Assembly: GCA_963611755.1 (NCBI GenBank) | Contig: CAVDTK010000001.1 | Coordinates: 1 to 45,986 of the forward strand | Reading direction: 5' to 3' | DNA length: 45,986 bases | From: Oscillibacter sp. ER4 | GTDB taxonomy: Bacteria; Actinomycetota; Coriobacteriia; Coriobacteriales; Atopobiaceae | Part shown: positions 1 through 8,714 of the stretch, one piece after another | How the letters are laid out: every line of letters begins with the position of its first letter | Position numbering within the stretch: the first letter of the stretch is position 1 | Notes under the pieces: model-generated | The model's database searches: none | Seen by the model: only the letters and a program-made list of their open reading frames with translations | What the model was told of the DNA's origin: nothing | Program-made: the position numbers and the translations under genes

Positions 1-96
1 AAAGCCGTGCAGGTTGCGCGGCCGGTTAGGTTCGAGTTTTTATCTCATTGTAGCGAGATACGGGGTCGCGCGGGTGTCGCGGCAGGCAGACTGCAG

Positions 97-270
97 TGCA
101 CCAGAACCCCGTCATGTCGGTGTCGATAAGCCGAGAAACGCACCGGAACCAGGGCATGTCGGTGGATTTGAGGCCCCTAGACCCCCACTAAGCGCGCAGC
201 TAACACCGACATACCCCAATTCCGGTGCGCCCTTCTCGTAAATCCACCGACATGCCCTCAATCTGGTGCA
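97..270. repeat. Four-unit nested inverted repeat: two direct ~42-bp-period units followed by two inverted units
   Basis: GCACC(A/G)GA..CATGTCGGTG at 98 and 140 (+), with inverted copies ending at 228 and 269. AGGGCATGTCGGTGGATTT (151-169) is the perfect reverse complement of 240-258. Confidence 0.85.
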
Positions 271-328
271 TCAGCGAGATAGACCAGAGCTGCCGAGAAG
301 CGCGACTCGCAGAATAGCGCTTCCATCG

Positions 329-358
329 AAAAAAGTGCCCCCGAGTCGCCGGGGGCAC
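329..358 (-). terminator. Rho-independent terminator of the peptide gene
   Basis: 9-bp stem GTGCCCCCG/CGGGGGCAC, 6-nt loop, followed by T6 on the minus strand. Confidence 0.75.
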
Positions 359-414
359 ACGATGAGCTGCTCTTTTATGGGTGTCTAGGCCTTGGGGCCC
401 GCGGTAGGCCGTTC

Positions 415-594
415 CTAGAACGGAGGCAGCCATGGAAGCGGGCTGGGGCCGGTCAGCTGCTCCTCGGACTTATCGGTTTCGACTTCCGCGTCGTCAACCG
501 CCGCGTCGTCCTCGGTTTTCAGGCTCCCGCGGTAACGACCGCCGTCGACAGCCTCAAGGTCCTGGTCATCCAAGCGCTCGAACTTCTCGTCCAT
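415..594 (-). CDS. 59-aa peptide with double-glycine (bacteriocin/RiPP-type) leader
   Basis: Strong RBS AAAGGAGG 6 nt before ATG at 594. Leader MDEKFERLDDQDLEAVDGG matches the FxxLxxxxLxxVxGG pattern. Has its own terminator. Confidence 0.7.
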   Translation of the reverse strand: MDEKFERLDDQDLEAVDGGRYRGSLKTEDDAAVDDAEVETDKSEEQLTGPSPLPWLPPF

Positions 595-727
595 CTTGAG
601 CCTCCTTTGCCGGGCTTCCTTTGTTGCAACAACATTGTCCCGCGCGAGCCGGACCCACGCAATGAACACCGTGTCCCATTACGCCTCGTCCCCCTACGTG
701 GCGGCTGTCAGGAAAGAAATACTTGAA

Positions 728-1894
728 TTTGGCCCACGACTTGAAGCATAACCGCAGCTGAATTCCTGTCCCGCGGCCGGCCTACGATCACGTCGACGGA
801 AACGGCGATCGGAGGCAATCATGGGGAACAGGTCGGCGAGGCAGCTGCTTAAGGAGCAGAGCCCCCTGGACGGGGACATGGCGACGTTCGTGTCCACCTT
901 CTCGGACGAGTCGGCGTGCGAGGAGGCGCTGCTCGCGATGAGGTTCCCGGAGGGCTTCCGGTGCCCGCGCTGCGGCGGCGAGTCCTACTCGATGATGCGC
1001 GGCAGGCGCCACACCTGCCAGTGCTCACGCTGCCGCAGGCAGGTCTCGCTCACGGCGGGCACCGCCATGCAGGGCACCAGGCTGCCGCTGGCCAAGTGGT
1101 TCCTCGCGATTCGCCTCATGACGCACTCCAAGCGCGGCGTCTCGGCCGCCGAGCTCTCCCGCGAGCTGGGCGTGTGCGAGAAGACCGGCCAGTACGTGCT
1201 GAGGCGCCTGCGCGGCGCGATGTCCAGATCGGAGTGCCTTCCAGGTGCTTGACGGCGAGGTCGAGCTCGACGACGCGTTCGTCGGCGCCACGGGCAACGG
1301 CAAGCGCGGGCGCGGCACCGACCAGCAGCAGGTCATCGTGGCGGTTGAGACGGGCGCCCGCGAGGCGCCGGGCCGCGCGTGCGTCAGGTGCGTGCCCGAC
1401 TGCTCGGGCGGCTCATACGAGCTCTTCGCCTCCGAGCACGTCCACATAGGCGCCAGGGTGCGGGCGGACGCCTGGAACGGCATCCGCGGCGGGCTCGCAG
1501 GCTGGCCGGGGCTCGACCAGGGCGCCTTCGAGGAGTCCGGGCCCAGGAGCCTGCCTGCCGCCCACCACGTGATATCGAACTTCAAGGCCTTCGTGCAGGG
1601 AACCTTCCACGGGCTGGCGAAGGTCTCCCTGCAGGGCGCGGCCGACGAGTTCTCGTGGCGCTACTCGCACCGCGGGTCGAGCTCGGCGTGCTCGGACCTG
1701 CTCGCCGACTGCCTGCTCGGGCACTACCGGCGCGCCGAGCTCATGGGCGCGCTGTCCGAGCAGCCCGCCGGGCCGCCGCTGAGGACCAGGGGCAAGGCCG
1801 GGGCGGCCCACCGTGAACTGGTCAACCGGCTCAGGGGCGAGGCCGGGATGCCGCCATGGGAGGGGTGACATTATGCACGAAGTCGTGGGCCAAA
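728..1894 (+). mobile_element. IS1595-family insertion sequence (ISSod11-like DDHK group)
   Basis: 24-bp TIRs TTTGGCCCACGACTTGAAGCATAA (728-751) and 1871-1894 (21/24 match). 8-bp direct repeat TACTTGAA at 720-727 and 1895-1902. Confidence 0.92.
821..1868 (+). pseudogene. IS1595 transposase split by a 1-bp frameshift near 1240
   Basis: ORF 821-1252 has a Zn ribbon (CPRC..CSRC) and an HTH. ORF 1245-1868 has VELDDAFVG, RADAW and LPAAHHVISNFK. Removing one C in CTTCCAG restores ECLQVLDGEVELDD. Confidence 0.85.
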
Positions 1895-1924
1895 TACTTG
1901 AAAGTGCTGTTTACCTGCGGATGA

Positions 1925-2010
1925 GCAACTTTTTCAAGGGACTTTTTGGCGTTTGCGCAACTTTTTCCAACGACTTTTTGGCATTTTAGCAACTTTTCCA
2001 AGGGAGTTTG
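1925..2010. repeat. Tandem 32-bp repeat, ~2.7 copies, T-tract rich
   Basis: GCAACTTTT starts at 1925, 1957 and 1989. Consensus GCAACTTTTTCAAGGGACTTTTTGGC. Confidence 0.85.
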
Positions 2011-2219
2011 TCTATCCCGGTCCGCTGTGACGGCATGGGCCGCGTGGCGGCGCAACATGTCGCCATGCTTCCCGCGCGTTGCGAGGTTGCTACAATCTGT
2101 TGTCCCCTCCCCTGCCGGGGTTACCGTGAACTTTGCGGGCCTTTGCCGCGGCGCCGATAAACCCTTGCGCCCCGGACTCGCCCGCATCTTGCCGAGCACG
2201 CGATCCGAGGGAGAGGCAC

Positions 2220-3725
2220 ATGTCCCAGGCGGCAGATAAATACGTTAACCAAAACCAGAGCGAGGCCGCGGCGCGCGGCGCCGAAGCCGGCCGTGACGCC
2301 GCAGACGCCAACGCCCTCGGCTTCACCGGCCTCACCACGCTGGTCGTGACGACCTGCGTGGGCGCGGGCATCTTCTCGCTGTCCGGCGACCTTGCCCAAG
2401 GCGGGGCCAACACCGCGGCCGTTCTCGCCGGCTGGGCCATCTGCTTTGTGGGCGTCTTTGCCCTGGCCAAGACCTTCAGCGGCCTCGCCGCCGCCCGCCC
2501 CGAGCTTTCCGGCGGCATCTACGCCTACGCACACGCGGGCTTTGGCGAGTACGTGGGTTTCTCGGCCGCGTGGGGCTACTGGATGAGTGCCTGCCTTAAC
2601 AACGCGGGCTACGCCATCATGCTCTTCAACGCCTTGTCGTACTTCTTTCCGCAGCTCGGAGGGGGCAACACGCCTGTCTCAATCGCCCTGGCGTCATGCT
2701 TTTTGTGGCTCATCGCGTGGCTGCTCACCCGCGGCGTGCGCCTGGCCACGGGTGTGAACCTCATCATCACGCTGGCCAAGCTCGTGCCGCTCACGCTCTT
2801 CATCCTTTGCGTCGTGCTGCTCACGCGCTTTGATGTGGCCGCCTTTCTCGCCAATTTCTGGGGCGAGCCGGGCGGACCTTCGTTCGCAGAGCAGCTGCGC
2901 TCCACGATGATTTCGCTCGTGTGGCTGTTCGTGGGCCTGGAGGGCGCCGTCGTCGTGTCCGGCCGCGCCCGCGACCAGCGCGACGTCAGCCGCGCCACCA
3001 CCTGCGGTTTTATCCTGGTTGTGGTCTTCTACGTGCTGATCTCGGTCCTGGCGTTGGGGGTCATGTCGCGAGAAGAGCTGGCGACGCTCTCCACGCCGTC
3101 GCTCGCCGGGGTCTTTGAGAAGGTCATCGGGCCCGCCGGGGCCGTTCTCATCAACGGCGGCGTGGTCGTCTCGCTCATGGGAACGATGCTGGGCTACCTC
3201 ACGTTCGCGGCCGAGACCTCCTACCAGGCGGCCTCGCGCGGGATCTTCCCCGCCGCCCTGGCCGTGACCGACAAGCGCGGCATCTCGGTGCGCACGGCGC
3301 TTGTCTCCGCCGCGATCACGCAGGTCTTCCTTATCATCTCGCTCTTCTCGGCCGGGACCTATCAATTCTTCTATACCTGCTCGGTCTACGCGATCCTCAT
3401 CCCGTACACCTGCGCGGCCTGGTATTTCGCGCGCGCCGCCTGGAAGAACGAGCGGATCGAGGGCGAAAACGCGCCAAGCTTGACCAGCGCCCGCGTCGCC
3501 GGGACCGTGGCCTTGCTGTACACGGCGTTCCTCATCTTGTCGAGCTTTATGCGCTCCGTCACCGTGATCGCCATCGTCATCGCGCCGGGAACCATCCTAT
3601 ACGCGCTCACGCGCAAACGCCGCGGCCTGCCGCTTCTGCCCACCCGCGCGGATAAGGCCTTCGCGGCCCTGGTCGTCTGCGCGATCATCGGCGTCGCGAT
3701 CGCGAACCTGCTCGCCGCGGCGTAG
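2220..3725 (+). CDS. APC-family amino acid permease (basic amino acid/polyamine antiporter, ArcD-like)
   Basis: GAGIFSL, GGIYAYAHAGFGEYVGF and WLFVGLEGA motifs; many TM helices; GAGG RBS before ATG 2220. Confidence 0.9.
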   Translation: MSQAADKYVNQNQSEAAARGAEAGRDAADANALGFTGLTTLVVTTCVGAGIFSLSGDLAQGGANTAAVLAGWAICFVGVFALAKTFSGLAAARPELSGGIYAYAHAGFGEYVGFSAAWGYWMSACLNNAGYAIMLFNALSYFFPQLGGGNTPVSIALASCFLWLIAWLLTRGVRLATGVNLIITLAKLVPLTLFILCVVLLTRFDVAAFLANFWGEPGGPSFAEQLRSTMISLVWLFVGLEGAVVVSGRARDQRDVSRATTCGFILVVVFYVLISVLALGVMSREELATLSTPSLAGVFEKVIGPAGAVLINGGVVVSLMGTMLGYLTFAAETSYQAASRGIFPAALAVTDKRGISVRTALVSAAITQVFLIISLFSAGTYQFFYTCSVYAILIPYTCAAWYFARAAWKNERIEGENAPSLTSARVAGTVALLYTAFLILSSFMRSVTVIAIVIAPGTILYALTRKRRGLPLLPTRADKAFAALVVCAIIGVAIANLLAAA

Positions 3726-3779
3726 CGGCCGGGTGCTCGGCGGCCCGCACAGAGCCCCCTCTCGCCCTTCTCGCCAAAG

Positions 3780-3918
3780 AAACTTCCGCCAATTTACCTC
3801 TTAATTCAGAAACACCAAGTAGGCCAGGCCTAGAAAACTCCGCGACCTGGCCTTTTGCCGCGGCAAAGGAGCGGGATACCGACAGGCTTCGCAACAAGAG
3901 GTAAATTGGCGGAAGTTT
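3780..3918. repeat. Intergenic inverted-repeat element (perfect 23-bp arms, 93-nt spacer, central CAGGT core)
   Basis: AAACTTCCGCCAATTTACCTCTT (3780-3802) and AAGAGGTAAATTGGCGGAAGTTT (3896-3918). GACCTGGCCTTTT lies at the centre. Confidence 0.9.
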
Positions 3919-3940
3919 GACTCATCCAAAGGCCACCCGG

Positions 3941-3988
3941 ACACAAAACAGGGGCTTGTCTGATGGGAGGACATCAGACAAGCCCCTG
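3941..3988 (-). terminator. Rho-independent terminator
   Basis: Perfect 17-bp stem CAGGGGCTTGTCTGATG/CATCAGACAAGCCCCTG, followed by TTTT on the minus strand, downstream of the NmrA gene. Confidence 0.8.
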
Positions 3989-4023
3989 AATTGAAGCCCC
4001 GTTAGCGCTGCGGCGCCCCGGAC

Positions 4024-4998
4024 TTACTTAATGTCGCGCCAGTGGCGGACGTTGTTCTCCCAGATATAGGAATAGCCCTTCGCCAGCTCGCGAGCGGTCT
4101 TGGGCTTGGTACCGGTCACGTCCTCGATGTCGGTCGACGCGACGTCCATCAGGCCCTCGGCGATGCTGCCCTCGTTGGTCACCATGTCGTTGCCGCACCA
4201 GGGCACGGGCGCCTGCGAGAAGTCCTCGGTCGCGGTGCGCGGGATGTGCATGGAGTCCAGATACTCGAAGAACTCCTCGTGAGAGACCGGGCAGTACTCG
4301 ATGTCGCGGCCAGAAAGGTCGCTGATCATGGCCGCCAGGTCGCGCTGAGACAAGCTCTCGCAACCGCAGGCCTTGTACGTGCGGTTATCCTCGCCCTTGC
4401 CCAGCAGCAGCGCCGCGGCCATGCGGGCCACATCGTCCTTGGGCACGTAGGTGGCCTTACCCTCGCCCGCGGTGGTGTACCACTTGTTGCCGCTCATGAG
4501 CGCCAGCATCACCGAGGTGGTGAGGTAGTTCTCCAGATAGAGGTTGTCCTGCATGAAGTTGTACTTGATGCCCGTCTGCTCGGCGCGCTCGCGGATGTAG
4601 GCCTCGGTCGCGGTGTGGTCGGGCGTCACGTAGACGTGGGCATAGCGCGGATCGGACGCGCCGAGGAACGAGGTGTAGGTCAGGTGCTGGACGCCCGCCG
4701 CGATGGCCGCGTCGACCACGCTCTTGTGCTGCTGGACGCGGATCTCGCCGATGGTGACGGCGCTCACGATGTAGATGCGGTCGCCGCCGCGGAAGGCCTC
4801 GGTCATCTCGGCCACGTTGTCATAGTTGGCCTGGCGCACGGCGACGCCCGCGGCCTCCCAGCGCTCGCGCTTCTCGGGCTTCAGCCACTCCATGTTGGGG
4901 CAGGTGAAGATAAGGTCGGTAGCCGCGACCTCGCCCAGCATGAGCTCCGCGACGCGACCGCCCAGCTTTCCGTCGACGCCGGTAACGATGTACTTCAT
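4024..4998 (-). CDS. NmrA-family/atypical SDR NAD(P)-binding oxidoreductase
   Basis: N-terminal YIVTGVDGKLG Rossmann motif, AAIAAGVQHLTYTS and HTATEAYI; GGAGG RBS. Confidence 0.85.
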   Translation of the reverse strand: MKYIVTGVDGKLGGRVAELMLGEVAATDLIFTCPNMEWLKPEKRERWEAAGVAVRQANYDNVAEMTEAFRGGDRIYIVSAVTIGEIRVQQHKSVVDAAIAAGVQHLTYTSFLGASDPRYAHVYVTPDHTATEAYIRERAEQTGIKYNFMQDNLYLENYLTTSVMLALMSGNKWYTTAGEGKATYVPKDDVARMAAALLLGKGEDNRTYKACGCESLSQRDLAAMISDLSGRDIEYCPVSHEEFFEYLDSMHIPRTATEDFSQAPVPWCGNDMVTNEGSIAEGLMDVASTDIEDVTGTKPKTARELAKGYSYIWENNVRHWRDIK

Positions 4999-5085
4999 AC
5001 GATCCTCCAAACGCATGGGTTTACCTGCTTGCACCTTGGATTCTACGTGCCAAGCAATGGCATTCCCAATCGATATCACTTATCA

Positions 5086-5106
5086 TCGATAGATACTTTC
5101 TATCGA
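5086..5106. promoter_or_regulatory. LysR-type operator (T-N11-A dyad)
   Basis: Perfect TCGATAG-N7-CTATCGA between the divergent NmrA and LysR genes. Confidence 0.75.
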
Positions 5107-5148
5107 ACACCACCGCGCAGCAAACCCGCCGCAGAAAGGCGCGACGCC

Positions 5149-6030
5149 ATGAACTCCAAGCAGGTCGAGTGCTTTCTCTCCGCCGCCGAGACCCTCAATT
5201 TCACCGAGACGTCCCGGCTGCTCTTCATCTCGCAGCCCACGGTCACGCACAACATCGCGACGCTCGAGACGGAGCTGGGCTACCGCCTTTTCGACCGTGC
5301 GAACAAGCAGGTGACGCTCACGCCGGCAGGTCGGCATCTGTATAAATCGTTGAAGGAGATCGGCGTCGACCTGCGCAATGCGATGCTGCGTGCGCGCCTG
5401 TTTGGCGACGGCTACAAGACAGAACTTGTCGTTGGCTGCGGCTCATCCGAGTTCGAAGAGGCGCGCCTGCCCGCGATCGTCAAGCGCTACCGCGCCGAGC
5501 ACCCGGATGTCTATCTCTCCTTCGAGATGAGCCCCATGCGAGAAAAGCTCGCGCTGCTTTTGGCCGGCAAGATCGACCTGCTCCTCTCCACCACCAAGCA
5601 AGGCGCCGACCTCTCGCGCTGCGACTTCATCGAGCTGGCCTGCTATCCCCTCGTTTGCGTGATGGGCGCGCAGAACCCGCTTGCCGAGAAGGACTCCATT
5701 GTCCTCGACGACCTTGTTGACCAGGGGCTCGTTCTTCTCGACGGCCCGTGCGCTCCGCCCGAGATCGAGGAGGTCCAGGCCACGCTCGAGCACCGCTTCC
5801 AGGCCAACATCATCCAGCGCGTCCAGGACATGCGCCTAAGCCGCCTGGCGATGCTGTGCGACATGGGCGTGGCCGTCATGCCCGAGTTCAAGTTCCGCCG
5901 CGCCGAGGGGCTGGTCGCGCTCCCGTTCGAGTGGGGGCGCGACGTCCCCTACGGCATCTTGCTGCGCCGCGACGAGACGCGCGACCACGTGTGCGACTTC
6001 GCGCGCCTCGTCATGGACACAAGCTGGTAG
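5149..6030 (+). CDS. LysR-family transcriptional regulator
   Basis: LNFTETSRLLFISQPTVTHNIATLETELGYRLFDR HTH plus substrate-binding domain; AGAAAGG RBS. Confidence 0.93.
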   Translation: MNSKQVECFLSAAETLNFTETSRLLFISQPTVTHNIATLETELGYRLFDRANKQVTLTPAGRHLYKSLKEIGVDLRNAMLRARLFGDGYKTELVVGCGSSEFEEARLPAIVKRYRAEHPDVYLSFEMSPMREKLALLLAGKIDLLLSTTKQGADLSRCDFIELACYPLVCVMGAQNPLAEKDSIVLDDLVDQGLVLLDGPCAPPEIEEVQATLEHRFQANIIQRVQDMRLSRLAMLCDMGVAVMPEFKFRRAEGLVALPFEWGRDVPYGILLRRDETRDHVCDFARLVMDTSW

Positions 6031-6098
6031 GCGGTCAGCCGCTGAGAAACCCCGCGCGGCTTGGTGGCGAGAAGCCCGGCGCAGCCTACGCCGACCCC

Positions 6099-7550
6099 CT
6101 ACTTCTTGGCGGCGCGACCGGCGGCGTAGCCCGCGGCCTTGCGCATGCCGAGCGACAGCAGCAGGCCGATCACGGCCAGGACCAGCACAAACGTGAAGCC
6201 GTAGTGTGAGCCCGCGGTGGCCGCGGCCTGGGCGTCGAGACCCGCAGCGGTTCCTGCGGCCTCGCCGGCCGAGAGCATGCCCGTGGCCAGCGCGGTGCAG
6301 ACGGCGCCGCAGACCTGCTCCATCGTGTTGAGGATCGTCGAGCCGTCCGTGCCCATCTCGGCAGGCAGGGAGTTCAAGCCGTTGGTCTGGCAAGGCGACA
6401 TGGCCATCGGCACGCCGATCATCAGCAGGATGTGCGCGGCGATAAGGTAGGCGATGCTCGTCGACGTCGACGTGAACAGCATGAGCGCCGCGCCCACGCA
6501 CGAGATCGCGAAGCCGCAGCGGGCGGGAGCGGCCGCGCCCATGCGGTCATAGAACTTGCCGGAGCACAGGGAGACGCCAGCGTTGATGATGCCGCCGGGC
6601 AGCATGAGCAGGCCGGACACGGTGGCGGTAAGTCCCAGGCCGTTCTGTGCGAACTGCGGAATCAGATACATAGCGGCCAGGGTGATGCCAAAGTTGATCA
6701 TGACCAGCACGGCCGAGACGCGGAACTGCGGGTTGGCGAAGGCGCGCAGGTTAAGGACGGGCGTCTCGCTGGACAGCTGCCTGCGCACATAGACGACCAG
6801 GGCCACGACGCCCACGATCAGGGCACAGATGACAACGGCCGAACCCCAGCCCAGAAGGCTCGAGAGGCCAAAGCCCAAGACGATGCCGCCAAAGCCCAGG
6901 CAGGACAGGACGCACGAGGCCACGTCGACCTTGGGCCGCGTGAGCTCGTAGGGGCTTACCAGGCAGGTCGCGGTAAAGACCAGGCCCGCGGCCATCACGA
7001 CGGCGAAGATAAAGAAGAGCGCTCGCCACGAGAAATAGCCCAGGATAACGCCGGAAAGCGACGGGCCGATGGCGGGCGCGAACATGATGATGAGGGTCAT
7101 GAGGCCCATGGCGCTGCCGATCTTGGAGGCCGGGAACACCTCGAGGACCACGGCGAACATGGTGGGCAGCACAAGGCCGGTGCCGATGCCCTGGATGATG
7201 CGGCCGGCGAGCGCCACGCCAAAGTTAGGGGCCAGGGCGCTCATGAGCGAGCCAACGAAAAACGCGCCGAGCGCGAAAAGGGTAAGCGAGCGGACCTTGA
7301 ACCACTTCATGAGGATGCCCGCGAACGGCAGCACCAGGCCGATCATGAGCATATAGCCCACGACCATCCACTGCGCGAGCGCCGTGGTGATGCCAAAGAC
7401 CTTGGTGAGCTGCGGCAGCGCGACGTTAAGCGCGCTTTCCGAGAACATGCCGATAAAGCCTCCCAGGTAGAGGCCCATCATGGCGAGGTGCGGGTGCTCG
7501 ACGTGGACGCGAGCCGCATCTTGACTGGTAGGGATAGCAGAAGACGTCAC
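6099..7550 (-). CDS. DHA2-family MFS efflux transporter (LmrB-like)
   Basis: LNVALP, GRIIQGIG, APAIGP and WRALF motifs; about 14 TM segments. Confidence 0.9.
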   Translation of the reverse strand: MTSSAIPTSQDAARVHVEHPHLAMMGLYLGGFIGMFSESALNVALPQLTKVFGITTALAQWMVVGYMLMIGLVLPFAGILMKWFKVRSLTLFALGAFFVGSLMSALAPNFGVALAGRIIQGIGTGLVLPTMFAVVLEVFPASKIGSAMGLMTLIIMFAPAIGPSLSGVILGYFSWRALFFIFAVVMAAGLVFTATCLVSPYELTRPKVDVASCVLSCLGFGGIVLGFGLSSLLGWGSAVVICALIVGVVALVVYVRRQLSSETPVLNLRAFANPQFRVSAVLVMINFGITLAAMYLIPQFAQNGLGLTATVSGLLMLPGGIINAGVSLCSGKFYDRMGAAAPARCGFAISCVGAALMLFTSTSTSIAYLIAAHILLMIGVPMAMSPCQTNGLNSLPAEMGTDGSTILNTMEQVCGAVCTALATGMLSAGEAAGTAAGLDAQAAATAGSHYGFTFVLVLAVIGLLLSLGMRKAAGYAAGRAAKK

Positions 7551-7743
7551 CGATAAATCAGTCCTTTCTGTTGGACCGCGGCGCCATGAGGTGCGGCGCG
7601 CGGCCGGGGAAATATGACGGGTGCCTTATTTCCCCATTCGATCGGATTGAATCGATGATTTTCGAGAAATCGTTAAACTCGGCTGATTTAGCGAGACGGG
7701 CCATCGAGGCCGCGGGCTTCTCGCCGCCCGCCCCGACATACGC

Positions 7744-7809
7744 CGACGGGCCCAAAACCGTCAATCATGGCCTGTTCAGGGGGCATGATCGTCGTTTTTG
7801 GGCCCGTCG
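7744..7809. terminator. Long hairpin downstream of tatA, probable terminator
   Basis: CGACGGGCCCAAAA...TTTTGGGCCCGTCG outer stem with inner ATCATG/CATGAT. Confidence 0.55.
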
Positions 7810-7844
7810 AGGGGAGGAGCGAGGTGGGGCGTGGGACGCAGGGG

Positions 7845-8051
7845 TTACTCGGGGTCGTCGGCGTCGTCGACGGCATCGGCCGTGGCCTTGACCGGCTCGG
7901 GCTCGAGGTCGTCGGACTCCATGCCCTCGCGGAAGTTCTTGACCGTCTTGCCAATGGAGCTGCCCAGCTTGGGAAGGTTCTTGGGCCCAAAGATGACCAG
8001 GGCCACGATCAGGATAACGACAAGCTCTTGAATACCAAGACCAAGAATCAT
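7845..8051 (-). CDS. tatA: Twin-arginine translocase TatA/TatE subunit
   Basis: GIQELVVILIVALVIFGPKNLPKLGSSIGKTVKNFREG; GGAGG RBS. Confidence 0.93.
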   Translation of the reverse strand: MILGLGIQELVVILIVALVIFGPKNLPKLGSSIGKTVKNFREGMESDDLEPEPVKATADAVDDADDPE

Positions 8052-8181
8052 AAGAACCTCCAAAGCAAGTTACCGCAGCCCTTCTGGGCCTGTAAGTATC
8101 CTAAGCCGCCCATCTCGATAGGTAAAATACATCTTTTACGGCCATCCCATATAATTCTTGTATGCCACGCCGCACAAGAGA

Positions 8182-8223
8182 AGGCCCTTCTCGCCACGGC
8201 ACGTTCCATGGCGAGAAGGGCCT
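8182..8223. terminator. Hairpin downstream of the CoA ligase-ACT operon
   Basis: 15-bp stem AGGCCCTTCTCGCCA/TGGCGAGAAGGGCCT. Confidence 0.6.
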
Positions 8224-8287
8224 CGAACTTCAAACGAATCCCAGGTAGACAGCCGCGCGCAAGGTCTTCTCCCCTACGCCGCCGCCC

Positions 8288-8713
8288 TTACAGGTCGGCC
8301 TGCGACAGCGCCTTGAAGCCGCATCCCTCCAGCGTCCAGACGGCCTTGGCGGCAGCAGCCGCGTCGGCCACCTTGAGCGCCATGACGGCCGAGTCGCCCT
8401 GGTGAGAGAAGCAGTACCCGTACTCGATGTTGACGTTGAGGTTGTCCAAGGCCTCGAGAAGCTCGGCCATGCCGCCGGGGCGGTCGGGCACCGCGATGGC
8501 GGCCACCTTGGTCGTCGTGGCCGAGTAGCCCGCCGCGTCCAGAGCCGCGCGGGCCGCCGCCGAGTCCGCGCAGATGATGCGCACCAGGCCGTAGTCGGTG
8601 GTATCGGCGATGGACAGGGCGCTCATGTTCACGCCGGCGTCTGCCATCGTGCGGGCCAGCGCCGCGAGCCTGCCCTTGTCGTTCTCCAAAAAGACCGTGA
8701 TCTGATCAATCAT
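8288..8713 (-). CDS. Tandem ACT-domain protein
   Basis: QITVFLENDKGRLA, SIADTTDYGLVRI, VPDRPGG and NIEYGY; typical partner of PaaK-family ligases. Confidence 0.88.
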   Translation of the reverse strand: MIDQITVFLENDKGRLAALARTMADAGVNMSALSIADTTDYGLVRIICADSAAARAALDAAGYSATTTKVAAIAVPDRPGGMAELLEALDNLNVNIEYGYCFSHQGDSAVMALKVADAAAAAKAVWTLEGCGFKALSQADL

Positions 8714-8714
8714 C

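Noticed and set aside
14..433. Short ORFs 14-241 and 200-433
   Set aside because: They overlap the repeat array and terminator, with no RBS or recognisable coding features.
97..2010. Possible CRISPR arrays at 97-270 and 1925-2010
   Set aside because: Units are degenerate, few, and either inverted or lacking unique spacers; no cas genes.
4042..5148. N-terminal 369 aa of the 662-aa ORF
   Set aside because: Shadow of the NmrA gene; the real LysR starts at ATG 5149 with an RBS.
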